From the NCBI GenBank assembly GCA_964035545.1, contig CAXIUT010000092.1, forward strand, positions 1-35,057: a DNA stretch of 35,057 nt, written 5' to 3'. The stretch's first letter is position 1, and each line of letters begins with the position of its first letter. Source of the DNA: Bugula neritina (lineage: Eukaryota > Animalia > Bryozoa). Positions 13,267 through 27,592 of the stretch are shown here, piece by piece. A program made the translations under genes and the position numbers. The notes below the pieces were generated by a model. It did no database searches. It was not told the origin of the DNA and was given only the letters and a program-made list of their open reading frames with translations.

Positions 13267-15933
13267 TCATGAGAATTATTCTTGCATCTGTAGTGGTTGT
13301 TTTGTTTAATTAAGATCTTTTTTTCTGAAGCGGAGTTCATTATAGGCTTTTAAAGCATGTCCATAGGTTGGATGATTAATCATTTTGTAGCTTCCCAAAA
13401 TGTTTGATTTTTGTATTCGATTTGAAAAAGATTGATTTTCAATTGCAGCCCATTCAATAGGTACTTAAAGTTAATCTTTGCAACAATTTTTGAGCCATCC
13501 AAAGAAAGAAATCAAAGTATAGTCAATAACGATAACAACTAAAAAGAATACTGCTTACCCTAAAATTAAAGCATCAGTAAATATACGATCGATTGTTGAA
13601 TTATTAAAGAGAGTCATATTTAAACTAAAGAGAGGAGCATCTGATTGAAATACTCCTTAAGCTGTATGACTCCAGACAGAGAAGAAGCTATGAGCAACAA
13701 GGATAATTGGTATAAAATTAATAACTGATTCATTAAGGCCTTCATCAGCAGGTATCTTAACTGAGTATTTGAGGACTATGGTCTTTTTACATATGTAGAT
13801 CCATATCATTCCAAGAGTTAGTATTGGTATCATTAATGGAATTAGTCCACTATAGAGGACTCCAATGAAAAGTAAGAGGACTACAAGGGCATTTTATTCT
13901 GCATAGTAGAATTAAAGTCCAAGAACTTGCTGATTGGCTTCTTTTTGTATAAGGGGATTATTTTAATCATTATCTTAGCATTTAGAACGTATCCTCCACA
14001 TTATGAAACAATTTTTAACTGAAAAGACAATGAGACTGATGATAGGTGCAATTAAACAGCCAATGATAAGGAAGTTGAGATAATAAGGAGAAATAAGTGC
14101 ATACCAGTCAGTAGTGAAGTCGTTAAATATCGAAAGTTGATCGAATTCAATGAAATTGATAAATTCAAGGTATTTGTTAAACTATAATCCAAAAACATTG
14201 CCATTGAGGAGTAGAGGAATGACTGCAGTGTTTATAAAGTTAGAAATAAGGACTCCCCAAAAAGTAAATACATATTATGTTGGAATGTTACTTGGTCGAA
14301 GTAGATACTTGGCAATAACAGCGATCAAAATGGCTAGAATTACGTTGGTTATTGCTGATACAACTGAAGCAGCTACTTGCAGAGCATTTGTGATTAGTAC
14401 TTTATTTGAAATTGATTCACAAAGTCGATTGATATCTGGGTCAGTAAAGGTTTGTGCTAAGTTGGCATTGCAGTAGCAAAAAGTGTCAGAATTAGTGTTT
14501 CTTGCTTATATTTCTGATACCTGAAGAGCAGTGGTTGCTCCTGTTGGGATCACATAATCTTGACAGTTAGAAGAAGCAGCCACATAGAGAGTGCAAAACC
14601 CAATTAAAGCTGAAGTAATGGCAATTGCTATCACTACAAAGAAGATTGAGCAGACCCATCTTACTCCTCTTGATATTCCAGTCATGTCTGTATTTTTCCA
14701 GTTGATTTAATCTGGACGAGCTACTTTGGTAGTACGAAGCATGATGGGAAATTTGTTGAGGAAGAGATATCTTTAAGGAGGATTTGGTGTACAACAGAGA
14801 CATCTTTGGATTGATTGACTAAGTCCATTTTGTAGTTTGAAGCGTTTGCAATGGTTAAGAAAGCTGATTTTAGCTTTAAGAGTGCGGAAGTGAATGATAG
14901 CATGAAGAGGTTCAAATGCTTGAGAGATGTGAAGTAGTTATTATTCTATTTTTTAGAGTTATTTTTCGAGTTAAAACATTTTATCATGACTTTTATTGGT
15001 TTGTTTGATAACTTGATGTTCTTTTTATACTTATTAGATAGCTTAGTCATATTAAATGAAACGATGAAAGTTGCCGTTATAGTTGTAAACAATTTATATT
15101 TCAAAAGACCCTTTGTAAAGATTATCAATATATGCTCTGAGTTAGTTTTATAGTGTTTTTATGTTAGTAGTTTCATCTGAAAAATCTTATACAGTAACGA
15201 CATATCTTGATGGATTGACGATTGCATGATTTTTTTCCATTTAGTCTAAGATGGAATTGTGAAAAGAACGCCAATGCAGCCAAAAAATAAATATAACTAG
15301 AATTGAAAGTATATCACAGATGGTGATTATTAGATATTATCTCTGAGTTCCATTAGTGAGATTTCCTAAAGTGAACTTAGATAGAGTTCCTGTAAAGGAT
15401 TCAGAAGAAGTATATTTAATAAGCCCATTTCCATCGTAGTGGATAATCATTGGTAAAAGTAGAATGACACTCATAATAAGTAAAGCAATAGCTAATCTCT
15501 TAATGAACTAAAAGTAGAGATAGACTCCTAATCCAAATTATTTTAGTTCATTATTATTACCACAAACCTACATTGGCTCATAGGTTCCATCTGATTCTCT
15601 TCTTCTGTAGCTTTGGGAATCTTTGAATTAGAGAACTTTGTTGAAGTTAGCCATCTAGTAACCTTTTTTTATCTTTTTGTTCAGGCGGGTAGGAGAAGAA
15701 TTTTAAGTTAAAGGTTTATTTGTCAATTCTTGTCTTGACTAGCTTTTTAGAGGCATTAATGGGTGAGGTGCTGGTCTATCTCGCAGTTATATTTTCAAAG
15801 GATTTAGACGAGGAACTACTTTCGAGGGGCTTGCCTGTAATTAACCTGGCTCACTATCACTACTTCCATCTAGATCTGGTTAAACAACTTTAGCTATCTT
15901 GACTCCTGAATTGATATTGGGGTCTAAAGACAT
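13267..15933 (-). CDS. OSCA/TMEM63 (CSC1)-like multi-pass channel
   Basis: 889-codon intronless frame; GLGVYLYF, PSRYVVTV, ARPD[TAA]INWKN (cf. APEPSDIIWEN), several hydrophobic segments. Confidence 0.75.
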
Positions 15934-16084
15934 GAACGAAATAATTTTAATAAAACAACTGATAAAATAACTAATTAATCTATAAAATAAGTATGAATCA
16001 AGATCAAAGTTTTATTGTTTTAAATGGAAGAAAATGATATAAAATATAGTTTATTTTGATTTTATTATCGCAATTAAGAGTAAA

Positions 16085-17348
16085 TCAGAGTTATTTTTAT
16101 TCTTCTACTATTTTTGCTTCCTTCAATTTTAATTCTGCTTCTTTATTGTAGCCTTGTATTGTCTTGAGTAGAGCTTTTGCTTGAGGATTAGTCTGGAAAT
16201 GCTTCCTGACAGGTTCAATTAGCTCATTTATCACCTTTGATATGGCTGGTTTGAGGTCTCCAGGATGTAAATGTCCCATCTGGAAGTCATCTGCTAACTG
16301 TTCAAATGAATAATAAGTTCTAAGTAGAATAAAATATACTTATTTCCTCCATTTTCAGCATTTCTTATCACTTCAAGAGAGTTTCTTGCTCCAAAAACAA
16401 TATTTTTAGCATAATCAAGGATAGGGTTTCCTTAAATGGTTTTTTCAGGACAGAAAGCTTTTTTGATTTTTCTAACAACATCTTCAGGAGAATCTTCCAT
16501 GAAAATGGCTGAGTTAGGATCTGATTTAGACATTTTTTATTGTCCTTCAATTAGGCCTGAAACCATAGGATGTGAAACAATGATAGGTTTATCTTAGTTG
16601 GGATCTGCCATTTAGATAGCTAACATATTTACTTTTCTTTGATCAATGCCCAGTTGACAAATATCAACATCAAGGAAGAAAATATCAGTGCATTGCATAC
16701 AAGGATAAATAAGTTGTGATACTTTCAGTTGATCTGATTATTTTTTACCCATAATAGTGGCACATTTTTTCATTCGAGTGATTGTGTTTTGGCAAGCTAT
16801 TTCCATTACTTTAAGCCAATATTAGTTGGATCTTTGATTGATTTCTTCTGAAGCCCATAAAAACTTGACATTAGACATTTTCATTCCTACAGCTTTCCAA
16901 ACTTAGATAAAATATTTACCAACTGTTCTAATTTTTTAGAGATCTCCATCAAATTTTCCATTAAGCATAGCAAAATAATCAGCGATCCAGAAGTAAAAGA
17001 TAGCTCCTGCATCTACCATTTTATTAACATTGATAGCTCTTAATAAACCTTGAGCGATATGTATTCTTCCGGATGGTTCAAATCCATCATAGCATTTAAC
17101 GAATTACTTTTTAAGAAGTCTATCTTTTAATAGTTCTTCTCCAACTACTTCAAATCCAACAGATTTGATGAGATTGACTCTTTTTTACAATGGTAAACTA
17201 GATAAAAAATGATTTACAGTGAGGGGACTGGATCAAAGAGTTAGTTGATTAGTTTGTCTCCTTTGAATGCTTATTTTTATTCTTTTTTTGGAGGGTCAAC
17301 ATCATAGAAAGATATGCCTCCCGTACACCAATCGATTTTGGTTTGCAT
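16085..17348 (-). CDS. YARS: Cytosolic tyrosyl-tRNA synthetase (plant/protist type)
   Basis: [52 protein letters not shown]. Introns 17198-17217, 16320-16339; 408 codons. Confidence 0.95.
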
Positions 17349-17491
17349 TAAAAGATAAAAGAAATAATATTCAAACTTTATTAAATCAAAAATAATATCA
17401 TTTGAATATTTATATTTTTAATTCTTATCAGAAATGATGATATTGTTCAAGGAAATAAGTTTATGACTCTTTCATATTTATAATAAAAAAG

Positions 17492-17947
17492 ATGGAAGCT
17501 TTAGATAGGATTAACTTTTATAGACCCAATCATCTCAATGGCTTTATGAGTAACTTTTATCCTGCGCCTTTTTCAGTTGGAAAAACAGTCTATTCTACTT
17601 CATAACATTACTTTCAAAGTAAAAAATATTAAGGAAAACCACAAGAACAAAAAGTAATTGCTGCTAAAACACCAGCTGAGGCATTCAAGTTAGGAAGAGA
17701 TAAAACATTTCCTAGAAGAGCTGATTGGTAAGAGATAAAAGAAGGAGTAATGTACTAGGCTTTAAAGTTAAAATTTTCTACACATTCTGATCTCAAAGCA
17801 AAACTACTTGAAACTGAAAACAAATTACTAGTGGAACATACTCACCGAGATTCTTATTGGGGAGATGGTGGAACAAATGGTAAAGGAAAAAACAGATTAG
17901 GAATACTACTGATGAAACTTAGAGATGAGTTTAGAAAACAAAAATGA
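17492..17947 (+). CDS. NADAR/YbiA-family N-glycosidase
   Basis: FMSNFY, TS[TAA]HYFQ, RADW, ALKLKF, LVEH, DSYWGDG, GKNRLG.LLM. Intronless, 152 codons. Confidence 0.9.
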
Positions 17948-18010
17948 TTTTGATAGCAAATATCAAATATAGATATTTATCTATGATCATAGTTTGAAAG
18001 TTTTGCTATT

Positions 18011-18096
18011 GGGTTGGGGTTGGGGTTGGGGTTGGGGTTGGGGTTGGGGTTGGGGTTGGGGTTGGGGTTGGGGTTGGGGTTGGGGTTGGGGTTGGG
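18011..18096 (+). repeat. Telomere tract GGGTT(GGGGTT)13GGG
   Basis: Starts 63 nt after the NADAR stop; followed by a truncated gene. Confidence 0.95.
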
Positions 18097-19930
18097 TTAA
18101 CTTTTAGACTTGTTATCCTAGATCTCCAACTTGTATCATTTCTCTCACAAACCAAGAATCTATTTTAGTTTATTTTGCTTGAACAGTGCTGATATCTTTT
18201 GTTTTTATTTAGCCTTTTTTTTAAGATTGTTTTGAATAAGTTTATTTTGGTTGTATTGAATTAATCTATTTATTTTTGAAAGAATTAAATTATATCTTTT
18301 TTGATTTAATTTCATTAGTATTTTATTTTATTTATCTTTTAAATTTCTCTTTTCTTTCTTAGAAAAATGGTCTATCTTAATATGATTATTTTTTTGATAT
18401 AGATATTTCTCTAGGAATAAATTAAGTCTCTTATTTGTTTTTTTAAAGCTTATTATCTTTTTATGTGGCTCTTTGCTATCCGAAAAATATGTTTTTTTGA
18501 GCTATACTTTTCAATTTAAAAGTTTAAGTGCTTCTTCTACCAAATTTGTTTAGTTGTTCTTTAATTCCTTTTTCTTATTTAGGTTTTTCTTAAGTATTTT
18601 TGTGTTAAAAAAAAGGTTTTAGTTGTTTTTAAATGCTTTTTGATTTGCTTGAAAATTATGTAATAGAATTTTTTCTTGATTTTGAAGAGAATTATATGGT
18701 TTAGTTTCTTTTAGTTTATTGAATTTGTTCTATTTTAGATTATTTTTGTTCAGGAATATAACTTGATGTTTGATTTTTACGAGTTATTCCAAAAATAGAT
18801 GACTTTTATTTACTTTTATTTCTATTAATATCTTATTATTTATTATTTTTCAAATAAAAGTTGCTTCTTTTTTCTTCAACTTTAAAAGGAATCACTTATT
18901 TAGTTTATTCCATTGGATCCTTTTATATTGATGATAATTTTTATTTAAATTCTTCTTTTTATTATTTTTTAGGTTTTAAATGGACATGTGAGAAAGGTTG
19001 TTTATCTTTTTTGAGGGAAGATAGTAAATTTTTGTTCTTTTTAGGTTTTATTTAATGAAAATCTGAGCTCATTTGTAGATTAAAAGGGTAGTTACTTGAA
19101 TTTTTATCACTAGAACTATCATTTTGTTTATCTAAATCTTAATCTTAATCTTCTTCTGCTACGATTTTATTATTAAAAGGTTATTATTTATTTTACTATA
19201 GTTTTGGCTTGAAATCTTATTTTTGGAATGAAAATAAACTTTGTTCAGAGTGAATAGAAGATGTATTATTAGATTTTATTTAATCTTTTCTATTAAATTT
19301 AATTTTTTATTGATTATTGATAGTTTTTATTGGCATTTTCCATCTATTAATTGATTTTTAATTGTCTCTTTCTGGGTTAATAAATCTTTTTTGTCCAAAA
19401 AGAGGTTTTTAGATGAGTTTTAATGGTTCAGAAACATGATCTAAATGATAGGATGACCCTTTGTTATTCTTTTCAGCTTTTAGATTCTTTGATAGAATAC
19501 CTTATCTTTCTTATTTATCGACAGTTTATTCACTTTAATTCTATTCTTCATGAATATAGTTTCTTTATGAATTTCTAGCTATTAGAAAGTTGTTTTATCT
19601 TGGTTTGAATTTTGACTGTTTTAAGACCACAGAAATATCTTTTTCATCAGATGGCATATTGAAGGGCTTTTAGTTGTTAGGAGCATCAGTAAAGATAGGA
19701 TATTCTATTTCTTGAGGTTCTTCATTGTTTTAGTATCCTTGTTCTTCTATTTGTGATAGGATGGATGTTTGATGATTTTGAGGATGAGGATTTTAGTTGA
19801 AGAAGTTGTAGGCCGAGTCATTTTATTCTGGTTCTCTGTCAAAGATGGACTTGTGTTCGTGTTGGTTGAAGAAAGGAGTCTAGTTGCTGTCTTAGTTGTG
19901 ATCAGGTTTGCTTTATCTTTTGTAATTCAT
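18097..19930 (-). CDS. Low-complexity E/K/N-rich protein, 3'-truncated
   Basis: ATG at 19930 and the junction-proximal codons (...DSWFVREMIQVGDLG) are in the same frame, which runs into the telomere. Only the two ends were translated. Confidence 0.55.
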
Positions 19931-20014
19931 AGTAAAATTAGTCTAATCTATAATTCAGATGTTAATTATTAAATCTATTTTCATTATACAAATGCAAGTT
20001 TATAACTATCCCTT

Positions 20015-20107
20015 GGGGTTGGGGTTGGGGTTGGGGTTGGGGTTGGGGTTGGGGTTGGGGTTGGGGTTGGGGTTGGGGTTGGGGTTGGGGTTGGGGTTGG
20101 GGTTGGG
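20015..20107 (+). repeat. Telomere tract (GGGGTT)15GGG
   Basis: Perfect repeat preceded by TT. Confidence 0.95.
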
Positions 20108-20108
20108 A

Positions 20109-23100
20109 CTAATTTTAACATTTTCATCTATGTCAATTGCGGCTGGTTCATAGCCTACTGTATCATTTTCAACTCGTTATAGTATTGATGCTGGTAGTTT
20201 ACAATCATGTCAATATAAAACAAGTTCTGTATCATCTTATTTTGTGGCTACTTGTGTGGCTAGTTCTAATTCGAGTTCTGTTTAAATTGTATTTTCGGGA
20301 GTATATGACAGTACAGCTCCAAGTGAGACCACTTTGAGTTTAAAGGTATTAAAATATATATTAAGTTTACTATAAATAATCCTTGGGCAGCTACGACGTA
20401 AACTTATACTGTATCTATCGTATAAAGTGGTAATAGATTGACTTCGTCATCGAGTATTATAAGTTATTCTGCCTCTGCATTGACTGATTGTTCTTATACC
20501 AGTAGTTCTAATATGAATGGAGTTGTTGCTACTCGTACTGTCAGTTTTAATCCGTCAGTAAAAGTTATATCTGGATCTTATCTTGAGATATCTATGTCTT
20601 ATTGGTTTGGAACTTTATTGAATCTTGCTACATCTAGTCCTAGCTGTGTGGCTCTCTCTGTAAGTATTTTACTATATAGAATGTTGATTCCTCTTTGAGT
20701 TGTTCTAATACTACGAATGGAGCTTTATAGATCTTTTATGCTCATGGTTTATTTTCTGTTAATAAGACGATTGTGGGTGCTGTTAGTTTCAATATATCGA
20801 GTTTAACTAATCCTTGGTCTTTGAATGCCTTTGGTCCTATTACTTATAATTTGATATATTAGTCTGGAGGGTCATCGTATGTATCTCAGACTTGTACTGG
20901 TTTGACTCAAAAGACAACCTAGTTGAATTCATTGGTATCATTTGGAATATCATTTTTTAGTTTTATATCTTTTACTAGTAGTTTTAAGAACGGATGGTTC
21001 AAAATAAATAACCCTCTTCCTGCTTCTGGAGGGTAGTTACATGTATTAGTGATAATATAAAGATAAGTTGGACTGGAGGAGTCAGTATATCATATTCTGC
21101 ATCAGGCACATCACCATCTATGACATTCTTGAATTCTTCTTTACTTATTTTAGGTAATTTTCCATCAGATTATAATCCTAATTCTAATATATCCATATTT
21201 AGTCGTTTCAATGTCGTTGCCCCTCCTTCTTCTAGAGATTTCACCATCACTGTCACTTCATATTATGTATCTGGTGGAGTTAGCTATGGCATATAGACTA
21301 AAACTAATACATATCGTTGTTATGCTGGTAGTCTATCTCCATCTTCTGTCTCTTTGGGTAGTACTTCAATCGGTGCCACTACTACTCTTGCTTTGAGTAT
21401 TACACTTGGTCATGCTGTATATTCTGGTAGCTATATTGGTGTTACATTTCCTTCTTAGATGGTGATAGGTTCAGGTAATACTTGTACAACTGATAATCCA
21501 TCTATTACGTGTTTGGTGTCGAATAGTTCTTATAGTAATTTGACTGTCTCTGCTACTGTAGCCCTATCAACAGTCGTAGTAATAACTTATAGTTCTGTTA
21601 TTAATCCAAGTCAATCTATGACAACTTCTTCTATCCAAGTGATATCATATATAGATTCAGCTTTTGATGGTATTATCGATCAGACTATTTCAGGTTTGAC
21701 GATGACTTTTGGACCAAACCAACTCAGCAATACTTCTGTTTTTGTACTACCATCTAATCTAACCACTTATGCCCAATCTAATTATACCATATCTATTACT
21801 CTAACTGACTCTATAGTAGCAAATGGCAGTATTCTCATTGTATTTCCTTCTGATCTAACACTAGGCACTCCATCTTTGATATCAGCATCATTTCCTACGA
21901 CTTCTTGCACTCTTAATCAAAATGGCAACAATATTACATTATCTAACTGTTTTGCTAGTGATTTGGCATCTCTTGGCATTTATTTTGTAATTGGTGAAAT
22001 AACCAATCCATCAACTTTGACTCCTACTGATTCCTTTTAAATCTATACATCTGGACCTTCAGGAGGAACTATTAACTATATTACTACAGGTGTTTCAGTT
22101 ACGATGACCACCCTGGCTACTTCTTTGAATTTCACAGCACTACCGACTTCATCAGTTGTTGCATAAATTACAACCTATACCTTTTCTATTCAATTCTTTA
22201 GTACTCCTTCATCGGGTAGCTATCTCATGCTATATCTACCAGTTGGAATGGCTATTTCTGGTACACCTACTTGCACACCTATAATAGGCATCGCTTCTGT
22301 ATCTTGTAGTAGCACCAATACGACATCTTTACAAATCAATTTAGTTGCAGTACCTGCATCTACAATATAATTTACTGTAACTAACATTCAAAACTATCAA
22401 ATCAGTACTATTTCAGTTGATCTCCAAATGGTCATATATAATCCAGTTGGTTCAGCATCATAGCAAACACCCTCCATTTCACTAACCTTTACTGCAACTA
22501 CCCTTTCAGCTACAGTTAACAATGATGATCAGATAGCCATCAACTAACCCTCTAATATTACTCTGACTATCACTGCACCTTTTTCCTTATCTTCTGACTT
22601 AAATGCCTCGCTTACTTCTATCTAAATCACTCTTCCAGCATAAATTAGTGTTCTTGCGGGTACTACTTGTGGTAGTTTGACTTGTTCTCAAAATGGTAAT
22701 CAATATACAATTGATAATGTTGGTCTTACTGTATCTAGTCTTGCAGTTGTTTTTAGTAATCTTCTTTTATCATTTTCTGTCAGTTCTTCGAGTTTTACTA
22801 TAAATTATCTGTACAATCTAGCAACGATAGCTGAAATTAGTTCTGGCATAATAGTGAGCACATATTGTACAGCTCCTTGCCAGAGATGTTTAGTAAGTTC
22901 ATCTAGTTGTCAATCTTGTCTTCCTTCTCCTAACATATTTACTATATTCTTTCCCTTAAATTCATCTTGCATAGCAACTTGTCCATCAACTTACTACTAA
23001 CTCAATAACTAATGCCACGCTTGCCAATCATCTTGTTCGACTTGTAATTCATCATCAACTTGCTAAACTTGTGCTGCTTCATTCTTCTTTTATAATTCTA

Positions 23101-26100
23101 CTTGTACGAATACATGTCCTAATGGCACCTTTTTGAATTCTACTAGTTGTAGTGCTTGTGATGCCACTTGCTAGACTTGTATCAATACTGCCACATAGTG
23201 TCAATCTTGTTCAACATCTACTGTACTTTATCAGTCTGCATGTATATCTGGTTGCCCTGATGGAACTTATAACAGTTCTGGCAGTTGTCAACCTTGTAGT
23301 GCTAGTTGTTCTACATGTGCATCAGGTTCTGCGTGTCTTTCATGTCCTGATACCTTTTATTTGAGTGGTGGTTTGTGTATTTCTTCATGCCCTGGTGGTA
23401 CTTTTGCTAATTCTACTGCTAAAAGTTGTGACAGTTGCAGTAGTAGTTGTTTGACTTGTTCTAGTTCTTCTACTCATTGTCTATCATGTGCATCTTCGTT
23501 AATATTCTATTCTAACGGATGTTTAGCTAGTTGCCCTACCAACTATTATAACTTAAGCGGAACATGTCAAACTTGTTCTAACTGTAAGAACTGTCTAACA
23601 GCTACAACTTGTTCTTAGTGTGATCCTACATTTTATCTTTACTTAGGTTTTTGCTATTCTACATGTCCATCATCTGCTCCAGTGCCTGATGATATTAATT
23701 TTGTTTGTTCTGTTTGTCAGGCTAGTTGTTCTTCTTGTAGTGCTGATGCTACTCAATGCTATTCTTGTCTTTCTGGTCTTCTTAAATTAGGGGGACAGTG
23801 TTATTCTAGTTGCCCTGGAGGATATTAACCTGATTATTCTAGTGGATAGTGCAAATAAATAAAGGTAATAACTATTATTTATGTTCCTGCTTCTATTACA
23901 ACAGCTATCATTTTGATAATCCTAATTGTATCTAGAATAATTCATTCTTTAACTGACATATCTGGTAATTCTGCAGCTATAGTATCATTAGGTTCGATAG
24001 CTTCTCTTGGTCTTCTTGCTGGAGCATCAATGAATGACGATACTCTTCCTGGTCGTCTTCTAGCTATATAACCTCAATATACTACTCTTTTTACAATGAC
24101 TATTGCTATTATTGTTTCTTCTGTTATTCTTGGTGTTATATTTGTATTTTATCTGGGGTATCATTTTAATAGCGATCCTGGATTAAGGTTATGGAGGGAA
24201 AGGAGCAATACTAATCGATATAGTTTGAATATTATAGTATTTTTTACTTGTTTTAGAATACCTGTTTTGAGAATAGTGTACTGTAGGTTATTCGGAAGAT
24301 AGTGTTTTTCTTGTTATTTAAAAGATAATGGTAAATTTCTTAAAACCACTAATTTTTTTACTTCTGTTTATCTCTTTTTAGGACCAATAGCTTCGATTGC
24401 TCTTAGTTTATTATATATTATTAATAATTTAGGAAATCAACAGACTAAGATATTTGCTATTGATTGTTTGATACTTAGTTGTTTGGAAAGTTTGTTTTTG
24501 ATTTTAGATATGTGTCTCAAAGGAAGAGGACACTTCAAAGCTATTCTAAAGGATTTACCTTATCTTAGAAAATTTAGAAAATATCAAGATCTTTAAAGCT
24601 CAGATGGAAGCTTAATTAGCATTCAGGAACCTGAAGATGTTCATTGTAAGACTTAGGCAGATAAAAAAGATATTCCAATACCTTTGGGAGCTTTTGGAGC
24701 TTTTTCTGATGTCTAAGCTCCAAGCGATAATTCAGAAATAGCAAAAACACTGCCTGAAAATAGTTCAAATATTCATGTAAATTTTGATCCCTATGAATAA
24801 AAAAAGAAAAATGATTAGATTTTTTTTCAGGAAAGAGAATATACCAAGAAGTTTAATCAGCTCAAGTAAACATATTTAAAGGAAGAAGAAGTCAATATTT
24901 AAGTTGATTAAAATACAGAACAGGGAATTGAATTAAATAATGATAAAACTGTAGTTGAGATGATAAATGAAAAGCCTAGATAGATAAACCCAGCAGATTA
25001 TCTAAAAGAATTGAGTTCAGCTGAATATAAAGAGGTATCTCCTTAGTAGAATAAATATCTTTAAGAAATAGCCTTAAGACATGGAGTTAATTCAATATTA
25101 CTAAAATAAACACTAGGAAAGCGTAAACATTATAATCCTTCTTTGCTATCTAAGACAATTGATCATAAAGAAGTACCTTCTTCGGCTGTTAGAAATCTTC
25201 TTAGTGAAGATAATAGTGAGCCAGTACTTCAATAGGTTTTGGGTCGAGATTCTAAGATAGAGCCATAACAGTTAAAAAGTGTACTTCAGGATCCATAAAG
25301 TTAATAATTAATAAAAGCTTTGTTTGATAAAAATAGTGGTTTATTTACTGCTTAAACTGTTGCTGCTTTATTATCTTCTTCTTTTAATCATTAATTTTTA
25401 AAGAATCTAGTTGCAGGAGAGGAAGTAGATAAATCTAAACTTAAATAATTGATGGATGATAGTAAAGAAAAGGAGCAAGTACATAGCTTAAGAGCACTTC
25501 AAAAGTTGGGAGGTTAGCAGTTGTAAAATAAATAATAGATAAAGAATATAATCGGTAGAGATGCAGAGTTAGATCCTAAAATAATACCTAAAGTAGCAAC
25601 TTAAATGAGCAAGAAGAGTCACACAACTGTATTTCACAATAAATCTAAGGCAAATTCAACAATGATTCGAAAAGTGATAAATAATAAGAAAATTCCTCTT
25701 AGTCCATTAAATCCTATTCAGGAAATGCCTTAAATAGTATAGTAATTTGCCTAATTATTAAACTGTGGAGATTAAAAAGTTTAATAAGATATAACTGACA
25801 TGCTTTAACAAGGAAACTATGATGGATAAGTCTTTAAATAAATAATATCAAAGACTGGTAATAGTCAACAATAAATGACTTAATTACTTTCTTATATGGA
25901 ATAACAAAAAAAATCAAAAAGTCCAATAGAATCATGGCCTTAAACCAATTATCATCAAAAAAATTAATTCATTGAAGAATAATAATAATAAAGTTAAAAA
26001 GAATATTAAAAATAGTAAAAATATTAATAATAAGAAAAAGATGAATTTAATTAAGATCAATCTTTTAATTATTTAGATTTTGATAAATAAGAACCACCAT

Positions 26101-26330
26101 TCCGGGAAGAAGACTAAATAGATTCAAGACCTGGAAAAACTAGAGTAAGAGTAAAAAGGAAAGAATTGCCTCAAGTTCATTTACCATCTGAACACATTTA
26201 TCTCCAAAGATTACAGGGAACTCGAGAGATACAGCAAAAGAAAAATATAAGATCCAGAAAGAAGAAAGTCTAAAAACCAGTTCAAAGATTTATGGACTAA
26301 GAAAATGACGTCTATGATCTAGATTTCTGA
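20109..26330 (+). CDS. Large surface protein: Ser/Thr-rich beta-domains, furin-like Cys-rich repeats, multi-pass TM region, long cytoplasmic tail; 5'-truncated
   Basis: I.NP.S...T.SF repeats, CxxC..C.TC...C..CP repeats at about 22860-23860, hydrophobic segments at about 23870-24520. Introns 20346-20365, 20660-20679, 21043-21062; at least 2054 codons to TGA. Confidence 0.8.
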
Positions 26331-26372
26331 AATTTTATTATTTTTCTTTTTATAAAATTATATCATTTAATA

Positions 26373-27536
26373 ATGTACCACCAATTAGTGTTCGCATTGT
26401 TATTTGCCATTTCATCTGGTCTTTTATCTGAAACAATAATAACAGTTCCTAAGGAGAGTCGTATTTAGATAGTTTCTTTGGATTCTATTTTGAATAATAA
26501 CAATATCAGTCGAATTTAATTGTTAATGGGTCATCAAACTCATCTTTTAGAAGGTATTTCTTTTCCTCAAGGCATCATCGCACATATTTATAGCGATTAA
26601 GAGTTACCTGAATTTATAATTAGTCAAATAGCTTCTATCTTTAGTGTATCTCAGAGAGTTCCTTTTAGAATATATCAAAAATAACTTAATATGGCTACTA
26701 TTGCCGATCCCAATGATAAACTTTGCACTTAACAGCTATAATCACTCTTAACTTTACTTCTGCCTTGTAGAAATTGGGTTTAAATTGGATTGTAACACTT
26801 TTTACCAATTGATAGACTCTTTAAAGGATATCTTTCGGTTTAGATGATTTGGGAAAAATAACAAACTACAATAAAACTTAGAGATCAGAAACAAAAATAA
26901 CAAAAAATAGATCAATATAGCAGAAAAACTGTCTGTGGACAAGTGAAAATCGAATAAATGAAACTTAATTCAGATAGTATAGTTAGTTTAGTTAAAGTTG
27001 AAAGAGTTTCATTGAGTAAATGGTATAATCCAGAAAAAACAATGGCTTATATAATTTCAACAGCATAAAATTCAGATAAATTGACCAATTGGACTCTAAC
27101 TTTAATAACTAGATTGCCTTCAGGATTTCAAATCAACTCAATCAAAGAGATTTCTTCTAAAAATAACTAATCTATAAAAACAGATATTAAGTTTTAATCT
27201 GATTAAGCTCAGTTAATAACTATTATGATTAACTTTCCTTTGCTTTCAAAAGAAGTTATAATCCATATATATTTTACAGCAGGGATACCGATGTTTTAGA
27301 AATACTAGACAATAGGAGGTGGTGGATAGTAATTGATGGGTTTAACTCGTATAAGTAAGGATAAAGAGTTAATAGAGATAGGAACTAAAAAAGTAGCCTA
27401 GTATCTTATACAGCCTGATTTTTCAATCAACTTTAAGGTCATTACTTTTAGCTTGGCTATTATTTTATATTTATGGTTAACTTTATGGCGTAATCATGAA
27501 CTAAAACCTGAGAAGTCTCTTTTAGAATAAAAATGA
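26373..27536 (+). CDS. PIGT: GPI transamidase subunit PIG-T/Gpi16-like
   Basis: Signal peptide, DKLCT[TAA]QL..LLTLLLPC (cf. VCTENLTPWKKLLPC), QPDFSINFKVI (cf. TPDFSMPYNVI) before a C-terminal TM. 388 codons. Confidence 0.72.
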
Positions 27537-27592
27537 TCATAAATATCTTTGTGATAAATGATTAATGAAAAAAAATATTTATAAAATTTATA

